A DNA stretch of 64,000 nucleotides from an uncultured Lachnospiraceae bacterium (GCA_902781895.1 CACZLA010000006.1:835-64834), one strand, 5' to 3'; shown: positions 46,274 through 56,056, numbered from the stretch's first letter. Notes: generated from the sequence alone by a model not told the origin. Numbers and translations: made by a program.

Positions 46274-47165
46274 AAAATGGCTCCGATGGATAGAGATATT
46301 CTGTTTCCTTGCAGTATTTCTCACAATACTTAAGGTTACCTCCTGGTACACCGATCCGGTTCGAACAGATCAGCCCGAAAAGGTTGTTGCCCGTGATCAG
46401 GCAACTATCGCTGCTCTTGCCGAGCCTGCTGACTCTATGGATGTTATGGTTGTGGGTGACAGCGAGGCCATGGTAATGGTTTCTCCATATGTCATGATGG
46501 ATGAAGCCGGTATAGATGTATACAACTGCAACCAGCTGGGACAGAGAATATCCGAAACCTATTTCTTCCTCCAGAAGATACTGAAGAAACAGCATCCAAA
46601 GGTTTTAGTACTTGAAACAAATGTTATCACCCACGAAACCTCTATCAAGATAGAGCCCCACCTTACCTTCAACGTACTGACACAGGAAGCATTTCCTTTC
46701 CTCAGATATCACAGTAAGTGGAGAGAAAGATTCGGCCTGGTGGAACCGGAGAAATACGACCACTATAAAGGCTACGAGGATATATACGTTGTAGACCCCT
46801 ATGACGGACATCAATATATGTTTGAGACAGGTGAAAAGGCATGGTTCGATCCCATAACCCGTTACTATTTTGATAAGATAGTCAAGCTGTGTGAGTCAAA
46901 GAATATCCCTCTGGTACTGGCCAGTGCTCCATCAGCAATAAATATGGATTATCCAAGGCATAACGCCGTTCAGGAACTGGCGGATAAGTACGGCCTTGAT
47001 TATATAGACTTCAATCTACTGACCGATGAGATAGGCATTGACTGGAGTAACGATACCGGAGATGCCGGAGATCATATAAATACCTACGGCACTACGAAGA
47101 CAACCCGATATCTGATGAATTATCTGAAAGAGAACTATGATCTGCCGGATCATAGAGAGGACTGA
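46260..47165 (+). CDS. Membrane-anchored SGNH/DltD-like accessory protein of the MBOAT system
   Basis: An N-terminal TM helix (IEIFCFLAVFLTIL), VMVVGDSEAM (SGNH block-I-like GDS) and a late GDAGDH block. It overlaps the MBOAT stop by 14 nt. Confidence 0.6.
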   Translation: MQDSKKWLRWIEIFCFLAVFLTILKVTSWYTDPVRTDQPEKVVARDQATIAALAEPADSMDVMVVGDSEAMVMVSPYVMMDEAGIDVYNCNQLGQRISETYFFLQKILKKQHPKVLVLETNVITHETSIKIEPHLTFNVLTQEAFPFLRYHSKWRERFGLVEPEKYDHYKGYEDIYVVDPYDGHQYMFETGEKAWFDPITRYYFDKIVKLCESKNIPLVLASAPSAINMDYPRHNAVQELADKYGLDYIDFNLLTDEIGIDWSNDTGDAGDHINTYGTTKTTRYLMNYLKENYDLPDHRED

Positions 47166-47168
47166 TAT

Positions 47169-48656
47169 ATGAAAAATGTTTTGGAATATCTTGAAAACAG
47201 CGCAAAGCGACTTCCCGATAAAACGGCGGTCATAGATCCGGATGAATCCTGCAGCTTCTCAGAGCTGCAAAACATAAGCTCCAGGATCGGACGTGTGCTT
47301 TCGGAGTATATCTCCCCATCCCGTCCTGTGGCTGTAATGATGAAGAAAAGCACAAAGACGCTTCAGATATTTCTGGGAACAGTATATGCCCGGGGCTTCT
47401 ACTGTCTGCTGGATCCGGACTTTCCGGATGAAAGACATAAGAGCCAGCTCAAAGCGCTGGAGCCTCAGGTCATCATCACCGAGCCCCAGACTCTGGAGAA
47501 GATTGAAAGACTGGGATATAAGGGAAATGTTATCACAACGGATGAGCTGTTCAGCAGAGTAAATGACGCAGAGCCCATTTCCATGGATATGGAAGTTACT
47601 CCCAGCACACCGCTGTACTGTAACTTTACATCAGGATCCACGGGAGTTCCGAAGGGCGTTCTGGTGGGACACGCTTCTGTCATCAGCTTTATAAATACAT
47701 TTACGGAGCTGTTCAATATAACTGAGGATGATATTATCGGAAATCAGGCTCCATTTGATTTTGATGTTTCGGTTAAGGATATATACAGCTGTCTTAAAAC
47801 CGGTGCAACCATGGTCATCATTCCCACAGCTTATTTCAGATTTCCCAACAATGTGGTGGATATGCTGGAGCAGTATAAGGTTACGACACTGACCTGGGCA
47901 GTATCTGCATTGGTTCTTCTGAATCGTCTGCATGTGTTCATGTATAAAACTCCATCTGCTATAAACAAGGTTCTTTTCAGCGGAGAGGAAATGCCGGCCA
48001 AGCATCTGCAGGACTGGATGAAGGAATATCCGGATGCTAAGTTCGTAAACCTGTACGGGCCTACGGAAATAACCTGCAACTGCTCATACTATGAAATAGA
48101 CAGAAATGATGTTCCGGAAAAACTGCCTATAGGAAATGTATTCCCGGGTAAGGAAATATATCTTATAGATGAAAAGGGACGTATCATTCCCGAGACCGAG
48201 GAGGAATCTGTCGGCGAGATATGCGTTGCGGGAAATGAACTGGCACTGGAATATTACAATAACGAAAAGGCTACAGCTGCTTCCTTCGTTGATATAGAGG
48301 GAATCGGCAGAGTCTATAAAACCGGGGACCTGGGATTCAGAAAAGACGGGCTGTTACATTTTGCAGGAAGGCGTGACTTCCAGATAAAACATAACGGTCA
48401 CAGGATAGAGCTGGAAGAAATAGAAAGAGCCATGAACTCACTTCCGGGCATCGGTCAGGCATGCTGTATCTATGACAGTGCAAAGTACCGCATCATCGCT
48501 TATTATACAGGGGAATCTCCCGATAAGAAAATGATAGTTGCCGGTCTGAAGGAAAAGCTTCCTGAGTATATGCTGCCGAATATATTTAAGTATCTGGAGG
48601 AGCTGCCCCTCAGCAAGAACGGAAAGATAGACAGAAACAAACTGAGAGAGATGTAA
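47169..48656 (+). CDS. DltA-like carrier-protein ligase (stand-alone adenylation enzyme)
   Basis: FTSGSTGVPKG, NLYGPTE, YKTGDLGF, GRRDFQIKHNGHRIELEEIE and LPLSKNGKIDRNKL. The size (495 aa) and the FQIK.(H/N)G.RIELEEIE block are as in D-alanine-D-alanyl carrier protein ligases. Confidence 0.85.
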   Translation: MKNVLEYLENSAKRLPDKTAVIDPDESCSFSELQNISSRIGRVLSEYISPSRPVAVMMKKSTKTLQIFLGTVYARGFYCLLDPDFPDERHKSQLKALEPQVIITEPQTLEKIERLGYKGNVITTDELFSRVNDAEPISMDMEVTPSTPLYCNFTSGSTGVPKGVLVGHASVISFINTFTELFNITEDDIIGNQAPFDFDVSVKDIYSCLKTGATMVIIPTAYFRFPNNVVDMLEQYKVTTLTWAVSALVLLNRLHVFMYKTPSAINKVLFSGEEMPAKHLQDWMKEYPDAKFVNLYGPTEITCNCSYYEIDRNDVPEKLPIGNVFPGKEIYLIDEKGRIIPETEEESVGEICVAGNELALEYYNNEKATAASFVDIEGIGRVYKTGDLGFRKDGLLHFAGRRDFQIKHNGHRIELEEIERAMNSLPGIGQACCIYDSAKYRIIAYYTGESPDKKMIVAGLKEKLPEYMLPNIFKYLEELPLSKNGKIDRNKLREM

Positions 48657-48658
48657 AA

Positions 48659-49858
48659 ATGAAAGATATAGAATTAATAAACAAATACGGCACTCCCTTC
48701 TATCTGTATGATATCCCGGAGCTGAAAAAAAGGGTTGATATGATGAAGGGGCATCAGGAAGATATAGGTCTCTGCTATGCCATGAAGGCCTCTCCTGTTC
48801 TGGCCGGATACATAGCTCCCTTCGTAGACCGGCTGGAGGTATGCTCTCCCGGTGAATACGAGATATGCGTAAGAGATAAGGTTGCTCCGGAAAAGATACT
48901 GGTCTCCGGAGTTAACAAAACAAAAGAAAGTATGATGAGGATTCTGTCCCTCGGAGGCGAGGCAGGTATGTTTACCATAGAATCCCGCGAACACCTGAAC
49001 ATACTGGAGGAAGCTGCCGGACAGTTTGTAAAAAATAAAAATAAGCTGAAATGCTATATCCGTCTGACTTCAGGAAATCAGTTCGGAGTGGATAAGGATA
49101 CGTTGGAAGAACTGGCCGGTAAGGTCATGGCTTCGGAGCATCTGGAATTTGTGGGAATCCATTTCTTTTCAGGAACCCAGAAGAATCTGAAAAAGATAGA
49201 AGCCGAGCTGACTGAGCTTACTCAGTACGGAGTCAAGCTCAGCGAAAAGTTCGGTGGGAAAATCAGTCTGGAATACGGTCCGGGACTGAGCATCGATTAT
49301 TTTAACTATGATCCTTCTGATGAGAAAGAAATGTATCTTCATAATGAGTCCTATCTGACTGAACTGATGGATATAGTCGGTAAAACCGGTATCAAAAACA
49401 GCTACTCCGACATAACATTTGAATATGGTCGCTACATAGTTGCAACCTGCGGAAAATATTTTACCGGGATTGCGGATGTAAAAACGAATAACGGCACTAA
49501 CTACGCTATACTTGAGGGCGGTCTGCACCAGATCACATACTTCGGAAGCATGGCAGGAATGAAGGTTCCTTATATTGAGTATATGGGGGATGCCGGAACT
49601 GAAACGCAGGACTATGTTCTCGCCGGATCACTCTGCTCTGTAAATGATATCCTTGTACGCAAGATATCACTTCCCAAGCTTGACATCGGTGATACTCTAT
49701 GTTTCAATATAGCCGGAGCCTACTGTGCAACAGAAGGCATCTCTCTGTTCCTCAGCCGGGATATCCCCGCAATTGTCATTCGAGACATGGAGGGAACGGA
49801 AAAAATCGTAAGAAACCATACGGAAACAAATACATTTAACGGAGGTTACAATGGATAG
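48659..49858 (+). CDS. Fold-type III PLP-dependent decarboxylase (Orn/DAP/Arg decarboxylase family, LysA-like)
   Basis: N-terminal YGTPFYLYD...CYAMKAS (PLP-lysine context), HFFSGTQ, EYGPGL, the EGGLH region and a C-terminal beta domain. There is a 2-nt gap after the adenylase gene. Confidence 0.8.
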   Translation: MKDIELINKYGTPFYLYDIPELKKRVDMMKGHQEDIGLCYAMKASPVLAGYIAPFVDRLEVCSPGEYEICVRDKVAPEKILVSGVNKTKESMMRILSLGGEAGMFTIESREHLNILEEAAGQFVKNKNKLKCYIRLTSGNQFGVDKDTLEELAGKVMASEHLEFVGIHFFSGTQKNLKKIEAELTELTQYGVKLSEKFGGKISLEYGPGLSIDYFNYDPSDEKEMYLHNESYLTELMDIVGKTGIKNSYSDITFEYGRYIVATCGKYFTGIADVKTNNGTNYAILEGGLHQITYFGSMAGMKVPYIEYMGDAGTETQDYVLAGSLCSVNDILVRKISLPKLDIGDTLCFNIAGAYCATEGISLFLSRDIPAIVIRDMEGTEKIVRNHTETNTFNGGYNG

Positions 49859-50075
49859 ACTATTAGAGATATTAGAGGAAATAGTTCCCGGAGAAGACGT
49901 AGAAAACTGCACCACACTGGTAGATGATAACATACTTGATTCATTTGCTATCATCTCACTGGTATCAGCACTGGAAGAGGAATACGATATTGTTATTTCT
50001 CCTGCTGAACTGGTTCCCGAGAACTTTAATTCAGCCGCTTCACTCTGGGAGATGGTTGAAAGACTTTCTGAATAG
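49851..50075 (+). CDS. DltC-like acyl/aminoacyl carrier protein
   Basis: 74 aa with the phosphopantetheine site context DDNILDSFAIISLVSALEEEY. It overlaps the decarboxylase stop by 8 nt. Confidence 0.8.
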   Translation: MDRLLEILEEIVPGEDVENCTTLVDDNILDSFAIISLVSALEEEYDIVISPAELVPENFNSAASLWEMVERLSE

Positions 50076-50089
50076 TGATCATTAAACAA

Positions 50090-50111
50090 GGGGATGGCTG
50101 ACGCCATCCCC
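50090..50111. terminator. Bidirectional terminator hairpin between convergent operons
   Basis: GGGGATGGC-TGAC-GCCATCCCC is followed by GTTTCATTC on the plus side and TTGTTTAAT on the minus side. Confidence 0.7.
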
Positions 50112-50163
50112 GTTTCATTCTATGCTTTTCCTGCAAGCAGGAACGCTTTTTGATTTTTAATAC

Positions 50164-52455
50164 TTATTTGGCAAAATTCCTTTTCCAGACACGCTTATTC
50201 TCATACATGATCTTATCCGCACGTCTTATAGTATCCTCAAGATTTTCATCAGCCTCAGGATCGAAAATAGCAACTCCCAGGGAGATATTAACCTCATCCC
50301 ATTCATTTTCCGCCAGCTCACAGATTTCCTTCTTACGACGATAGAAGGATCTTATCATACCTTCCATATTTCGAAAATCCTGATTCTCTATGATGACCGA
50401 AAATTCATCTCCGCCTATTCGGAATACCGAGCTGTTTCTGAACACATGACATATCAGCTGACTTGCACCCTTCAGATAGATATCACCCTTATCGTGTCCA
50501 TAAGTATCATTTATCTTCTTCAGATTATCACAGTCCAGCATACCTATGGCAAAATCAACATCACCATCATTTTCCAGCATCTTCTGAAGTCTTCCGATAT
50601 ATTCGGTAAATGCAGCTTTGTTTCTGACATTGGTAAGTGAATCCGTAAATGCTTTCTTATTCAGATCCTTTACCAGACGATGCTCCTTCTTTACCCTGTT
50701 CTTAAAACGAAGACTACGTATAGACAACACCAGAATTATAAGTGCAATAAGAATTCCAACAAGAAGTATGGGGATGATGTTATCCTTGATAACATCAAAA
50801 AATCCGGTCTTAACATCCTCTGTGGAATAATACATAAGTGCCGCACTTGTTGTTGAACCCGGAACAACATATGTTGTCTTCGACAGGATAGAATACAGTT
50901 CTCCCTCATTTTCACGGACAGCAAAGCAGTAATCCATATCAACTCCGGTATATACTGATGACAGATGAAGTTCCTGACACTGCTTGGAAATGTTATTATA
51001 CCGGTAATTGCTTATAATAACACAGTCTGCATCACCGTCTGCAACTCCTTCAAGTCCCGCCGGAGTATCATCGAAATATGCTACTTTCCATCCCGGATAA
51101 TTGTCCACAAGGAACATCTCATAATTAGTATTTCCCGTATTTACTGCTACAGTGATGTCATCTTTTTTAAAGAATTCTTTCTTTTCAGAAGAACGAACTA
51201 TAGCATCCATTTCCGTGGTCATGAGTGGAGGTGTCATGACCATATTCATTTGTTCTCCCTCATAATCCGAAAGGTTTGCCGGGAACACACAATCTATCTC
51301 ACCATTATTCAATGCCTCCATCGCTTCTGCAGCAGTCTGATAGCATACCGGCTCAAACTCTATTTCCGCATTTTCAAATCCGGTGGATGCATAACTGAGA
51401 TAATCCTTCAAGGCACCCGTAAGCTCTCCTGTTTTAGAATCCTTAGCACAAAATGCCAGATAATTATCCTGATATCCCACACGTATTTTCCCATGTTTGG
51501 AAATATAGTCCAGCTCATCCAACGAAAGATAATGAGCAGTTCCTCCGTTAACCATATACTTTTCGGCAAGAATCTGATTATAGTTTTTATTCTCATCCTG
51601 AATCTTACTGAGGGCCTGATCCAGTTCTTTAAGAAGATCAGGTCTGTCCATGCTCACCGCAAAAAAGATTTCAGCCGAACCAACCTTCCAGACAGGCTCA
51701 ACCGTTCCCGGATCACCAAATGAATCCAGAGTGACAAATGCATCTATCTCGCCACTGCCCAGCATCCGGACAACCTCTTCCTGATTCTTGGTAAGCTCAA
51801 CAAGATCAACATCTATCCCCTGCATATCGGTCCATTTGTAAAACATTTCCTCCTGGACACTGTCTTTATCTACACCAACCTTCTTCCCAACCAGAGAGGA
51901 TACATCATCCATCTTTATTTCGGCGTTATTCGGATTTATATAAATGTAATAAGCCTCTGCCCCCATGGGGAGCGATGCGTAAAGCATCTCCTCCGTACGT
52001 TCATCCGCATAGGATACATCGCCGAGAAGATCTATCTCTCCTTTTTTCAGCATCTCCAGAAGTTCAGACCAGTTGCCCTCAACATATTCATATTCCCAGC
52101 CGGTATAAGCAGCTATCTTTCGCTGATATTCGTATGCATAACCGGATTTTCTTCCGAACTGATCTGTATGGTTAAACTTGGATTCAAACCATCCGACCCG
52201 GACTTTCTTTCTATCTTTTCCCTCAGGATCCTCGCTTGAATTTTCATCGGAAGAATCTTTTACGCTGAGAGTATCATTTGACGAAATATGAATGTTTGAG
52301 GCCGCCAGACTGTCATGGTTATAAAAAGACACAGCAAAAATAACCGCCAGGCATAAGAATATAACCAGCAGTTTTGAGGATGATTTTATATGATATGTTT
52401 TTGGATTGTCTTTTTTAATTCTTAACATGACATTGCTATATTCTGTATGAAACAT
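50164..52455 (-). CDS. Membrane diguanylate cyclase with two extracytoplasmic amino-acid-type solute-binding (SBP_bac_3-like) domains
   Basis: An N-terminal TM helix, two ~230-aa SBP-like repeats (VRVGWFE..., IRVGYQDNY...), a second TM helix, then GGDEF (RIGGDEFSVI, preceded by DCDNLKKINDTYGHDKGD). The start is either ATG 52455 or ATG 52428. Confidence 0.85.
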   Translation of the reverse strand: MFHTEYSNVMLRIKKDNPKTYHIKSSSKLLVIFLCLAVIFAVSFYNHDSLAASNIHISSNDTLSVKDSSDENSSEDPEGKDRKKVRVGWFESKFNHTDQFGRKSGYAYEYQRKIAAYTGWEYEYVEGNWSELLEMLKKGEIDLLGDVSYADERTEEMLYASLPMGAEAYYIYINPNNAEIKMDDVSSLVGKKVGVDKDSVQEEMFYKWTDMQGIDVDLVELTKNQEEVVRMLGSGEIDAFVTLDSFGDPGTVEPVWKVGSAEIFFAVSMDRPDLLKELDQALSKIQDENKNYNQILAEKYMVNGGTAHYLSLDELDYISKHGKIRVGYQDNYLAFCAKDSKTGELTGALKDYLSYASTGFENAEIEFEPVCYQTAAEAMEALNNGEIDCVFPANLSDYEGEQMNMVMTPPLMTTEMDAIVRSSEKKEFFKKDDITVAVNTGNTNYEMFLVDNYPGWKVAYFDDTPAGLEGVADGDADCVIISNYRYNNISKQCQELHLSSVYTGVDMDYCFAVRENEGELYSILSKTTYVVPGSTTSAALMYYSTEDVKTGFFDVIKDNIIPILLVGILIALIILVLSIRSLRFKNRVKKEHRLVKDLNKKAFTDSLTNVRNKAAFTEYIGRLQKMLENDGDVDFAIGMLDCDNLKKINDTYGHDKGDIYLKGASQLICHVFRNSSVFRIGGDEFSVIIENQDFRNMEGMIRSFYRRKKEICELAENEWDEVNISLGVAIFDPEADENLEDTIRRADKIMYENKRVWKRNFAK

Positions 52456-52585
52456 TCATTTAATCCCATTGAAACATTCATTATTATATCATAAAAAAAA
52501 GCAATGTGTTAATAATATGAGAGAACAGTTCTCCCCTGACTCCGTGGAAGGAGTCAGGGGAGACAGTCCCGGGTGACTATGTGGT

Positions 52586-53344
52586 TTACCAGCCCAGATC
52601 CATGAGCCAGTTATTAAGAGCTCTCTCTCTTTCCTTTGTATCCTTTGTAGGATCGTTTATGAATTCACCTTCAATATTTCCGTCGATGATGTAGAGCACG
52701 CGGGAGCATTTTGCTGCTACCTTGGAATCGTGAGTTACCATCATGATGGTTGTACCTTCGTTATTAATCTTAGTAAGCTCTTCCATAACCTCGTTTGAGT
52801 TTGCTCGGTTCAGAGCTCCCGTAGGCTCGTCTGCGAAAAGAACTCTCGGCTTATTGATAAGACTTCTGCAGATGCAGGCACGCTGGAGCTGTCCACCGGA
52901 TACCTCGTTGATATCATTGTCAGCAGCCTCGATGATGCCCAGCTTACGCATCAGATCTTCACCAAACTGTGTAACCTCTTTACGTGATCTTTTATTCTTC
53001 TTACTCTGAAGTCCGGGAAGGAGGATGTTATCAAGGATAGTGAGATTCTTCATCATGAACATCTGCTGGAAGATAAATCCCATCTCATCCAGTCTTACGT
53101 CAGAAAGCTCATTTTTCTTCATCTTTGTGATATCTTTATTATTAAAAAGAACTGTTCCGCTTGTTGCATTATCCATACCGGACACGCTGTAGAGAAGAGT
53201 TGACTTACCTGATGCAGATGGTCCCATGATGGCAACCATTTCTCCCTCTTCAACCTTGAAGCTTACGTTCTTAAGAACGTTGTTCTGTCTTTTATTTGTA
53301 ACATAGGTTTTGCATAAATCCTTAACTTCTAATACTGTGCTCAT
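52586..53344 (-). CDS. ABC transporter ATP-binding protein (MacB/Bce-type)
   Basis: Walker A GPSASGKST, signature VSGGQLQR and Walker B LFADEPTGALN. The start is moved to ATG 53344 (MSTVLEVKDL), which has an AAAGGAGAA RBS. Confidence 0.88.
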   Translation of the reverse strand: MSTVLEVKDLCKTYVTNKRQNNVLKNVSFKVEEGEMVAIMGPSASGKSTLLYSVSGMDNATSGTVLFNNKDITKMKKNELSDVRLDEMGFIFQQMFMMKNLTILDNILLPGLQSKKNKRSRKEVTQFGEDLMRKLGIIEAADNDINEVSGGQLQRACICRSLINKPRVLFADEPTGALNRANSNEVMEELTKINNEGTTIMMVTHDSKVAAKCSRVLYIIDGNIEGEFINDPTKDTKERERALNNWLMDLGW

Positions 53345-53368
53345 ATTTATTCTCCTTTTCATTAACTT

Positions 53369-55819
53369 CTATTCGATCGATGCTGTGTCTCTGGCTTTGA
53401 TCGATCCTGTATAAATCGATGTGATCCTGGTGATCAACACTGTTACTGCTACTAACAATAACGGATATTTTAGTAAACCTAAAACGCTATACATGAATTT
53501 GATCGATGTTGCTCCCATCATAGAGAAGATCGCGCCTCCTGCTATATTGGTAAGCGGTATAGATATAGCTACAGCTATCAGTACCGCTATAACCCCCAGG
53601 ATTCCGAATCTTATTACGTGCCATCCGATAATGTCACTGTTTCTGAAACCTACAGCCTTAAGTATTGCTATCTGCTTTTTCTCTCTTGATATGAAGCTTC
53701 TCTCCATCAGCACCGTTACAAGTATGATAACCAGAATTGTGATGATCATCAGCAGCATCTCAACTGCCTGCATGGCATCAAGTGTTCCCATATTATCAAC
53801 ACATTCTTCAGTCTGATCCTTTACTGTACCGGCATTTAAGATATCCTTTATCTTATCTTTTCTTTCTTCTATAGTTTTCTGATCAGGATTATCCGTAAAT
53901 GTTATAAGTATACTCATATAACCGGTAGCAGCCGCAAAATCCGTGGGAACATCTTCGTGTATTCTCATCAACGCTCCCAGATTGTTCATACTCTGGAATT
54001 TTCCGGTTACCGTACATTTATCCTTATAACCATTATAATTGATTTCTATGGTATCGCCGATCTTCATTCCATATGTATCTTCAACAGCCTGCGTAAAAGC
54101 AACTTCATTTTTATTCTGAGGCTGAGTCCCTTCGGTCATTGGATACTCTCCTGTTCCATTTCCCACAACCTGCATGAAGTTATATGCATATTCCTCATTA
54201 TTGTAAGTAAATTTATAAGAATAAATGACGTCGTTATATACCTTTGCCGGCATTCCTTCGCTTGCAAGTTTTTCTTCGATCAGCTTCAGATAATCCTTAT
54301 AGATTTCTTTTCCGTTCTCATATTTTTTAAGCGTATCCGGTTCAATCTCTTTCATATTCCGGAGCTCTTCTATACCGGGAACATCACTATATTTGTCTAT
54401 GAGCTTTGAAATATCCAACGTATCCGGATCCTCATTTGTCAGATACAGATCTCCTCTTACACTGAAGGTATCGATAAATGCGTTACTGTCAAATGTACTT
54501 GTCAGATTTGCAAGTATCAGCAGGAATGTGGTACATATTCCTATAGAAATAACGATATTCAGATATCTCTTCGGACTGCTCAGTATATCATTCCATGCCA
54601 GATATGATGAGTTCCTCAAATGACTCTTACCTATTCTGATTCCTCGTTTTTTCCTGAATCTTTCTCCGGTCTCACCGCTTCTTATTGCATCAACCGGCGT
54701 CATCTTCTTCACCTTTCCGGTAGAAAGAAATGCAAGCAGCATAATGAGTATAAACACAAGGATGGAACCGAGAATATTTATTATCACTCCATAACCATTT
54801 CCAAGCATCATGCTTTTAGATACACTGTCAAGCAGCATATCTCCAAATGGAAAGCTGATCGCACATCCTGCTACCACACCTATCAGACTTATGGCCAGAT
54901 ATTTTATCAGATAAAGTCTTCTTATCTTAAAATTCCTGATTCCGATGGCCTTCATGACTCCTATCTCTCTGAAGTCATCCTGTATGGTAAATCCGATAGA
55001 GAATTTCAGGATTACAAATGATACTATTATCAGACATACACTGAGGATTACAATGATAAATGCAACCATCATATCAACTATTCGAGTAAGGATGATCGTA
55101 CTTCTGGGGAAGCTTCCTCCGGCTCCCTCTAAATCTGTTAATCCCTTTGAAACAGCTTCCACATCATCTGTTTCGATATAAACTATAGTATTACTGAAAG
55201 ATCCTTCCTTATCAGAATCAAAGTACTGCTGTAAATCCTCATTATTCATATATAAACGATTCATACCTGATATGGAAGATCCAAATACAGCATCCTTTAA
55301 TCCGGCATCTATAATATATTCTTTTTCAGCATTATTCAGATTGAGTCTTATCTTGTCACCTGCCTTCAGATCAAACTCTTCCATGAATTTATATGAAAGA
55401 CAGGCATGTCCTTTTTCAACACTCTTTACTTCATTGTTTTCAGAATCAAATAGCTTTATATATGTACTTTCCGGAGACTCTATCATAATAGCCCCGCTCC
55501 AGTCCAGCTTCTTTCCTTTTTCATTCCATACTTCGTCGCTATAGCCAAAATACGAGTCATATGCATAGGACTTAATCTTTTCCGATTCATCCAGCACTTT
55601 ACAAAGGTTTGAATTATCCTTACCGTTATTTATAATAAGCAACAGGTCATCCTTATCTCCCACCGCTTGTTCGAGAAAGTAATCCATTCCCTTCACCACT
55701 GAGAAAAGATTCGAAAGTCCACTGGAAACAAATACACTGGCCAGGATAATGAAAAGAAATAGTATCGCATTCATCGTCTTACTTCTTTTCAGATCCTTCT
55801 TTAAAATCTTAAAAAACAT
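53369..55819 (-). CDS. ABC transporter permease with two FtsX modules and a large extracytoplasmic domain
   Basis: 816 aa with FtsX-type blocks (IGVMKAIGIRNFKIRRLY..., IAILKAVGFRNSDII...) and 10 predicted hydrophobic helices. Confidence 0.8.
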   Translation of the reverse strand: MFFKILKKDLKRSKTMNAILFLFIILASVFVSSGLSNLFSVVKGMDYFLEQAVGDKDDLLLIINNGKDNSNLCKVLDESEKIKSYAYDSYFGYSDEVWNEKGKKLDWSGAIMIESPESTYIKLFDSENNEVKSVEKGHACLSYKFMEEFDLKAGDKIRLNLNNAEKEYIIDAGLKDAVFGSSISGMNRLYMNNEDLQQYFDSDKEGSFSNTIVYIETDDVEAVSKGLTDLEGAGGSFPRSTIILTRIVDMMVAFIIVILSVCLIIVSFVILKFSIGFTIQDDFREIGVMKAIGIRNFKIRRLYLIKYLAISLIGVVAGCAISFPFGDMLLDSVSKSMMLGNGYGVIINILGSILVFILIMLLAFLSTGKVKKMTPVDAIRSGETGERFRKKRGIRIGKSHLRNSSYLAWNDILSSPKRYLNIVISIGICTTFLLILANLTSTFDSNAFIDTFSVRGDLYLTNEDPDTLDISKLIDKYSDVPGIEELRNMKEIEPDTLKKYENGKEIYKDYLKLIEEKLASEGMPAKVYNDVIYSYKFTYNNEEYAYNFMQVVGNGTGEYPMTEGTQPQNKNEVAFTQAVEDTYGMKIGDTIEINYNGYKDKCTVTGKFQSMNNLGALMRIHEDVPTDFAAATGYMSILITFTDNPDQKTIEERKDKIKDILNAGTVKDQTEECVDNMGTLDAMQAVEMLLMIITILVIILVTVLMERSFISREKKQIAILKAVGFRNSDIIGWHVIRFGILGVIAVLIAVAISIPLTNIAGGAIFSMMGATSIKFMYSVLGLLKYPLLLVAVTVLITRITSIYTGSIKARDTASIE

Positions 55820-55920
55820 CGCCCTTCATCCTTTCATAAACTTGTTAAACTATTAGTTATAGTTCGGTACCTTGATTGAAGTATAAAAAATCAATTATTA
55901 AATAATCATTAAGTCCTGAA

Positions 55921-55992
55921 AAATAAATAAAAAAGTCATCCTGAACGTTAGTGAAGAATCTTTTAAGATTCTTCGCTTACGCTCAGAATGAC
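55921..55992 (-). terminator. Long compound-hairpin terminator after the histidine kinase gene, built from the GTCATTCTGAGCG repeat family
   Basis: The minus strand reads GTCATTCTGAGCGT-AAGC-GAAGAATCTT-AA-AAGATTCTTC-ACTA-ACGTTCAGGATGAC followed by TTTTTTATTTATTT. The two outer-stem mismatches become G-U pairs only on the minus-strand RNA. Confidence 0.7.
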
Positions 55993-56045
55993 ATACTTGG
56001 TAATTACTTTCAGAATGACATGCTTGGTAATTACTTTCAGAATAA
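55984..56045. repeat. 27-bp tandem repeat x2.3 (CAGAATGACATRCTTGGTAATTACTTT) immediately 3' of the kinase stop
   Basis: Copies start at 55984, 56011 and 56038 (the last partial). They explain the spurious ORF 55988..56305. Confidence 0.8.
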
Positions 56046-56056
56046 TATTATTTTAT

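Noticed and set aside
46340-46365. GGTTCGAAC string resembling a tRNA T-arm
   Set aside because: It lies inside a well-supported CDS (46260..47165) and no acceptor or anticodon stems can be drawn around it.
52521-52533. GAGAACAGTTCTC palindrome as a LexA box
   Set aside because: The spacing is GAAC-N1-GTTC rather than N4. It is more likely part of the stem-loop cluster (with CTCCCCTGACTCC / GGAGTCAGGGGAG at 52530-52562) downstream of the ABC ATPase gene.
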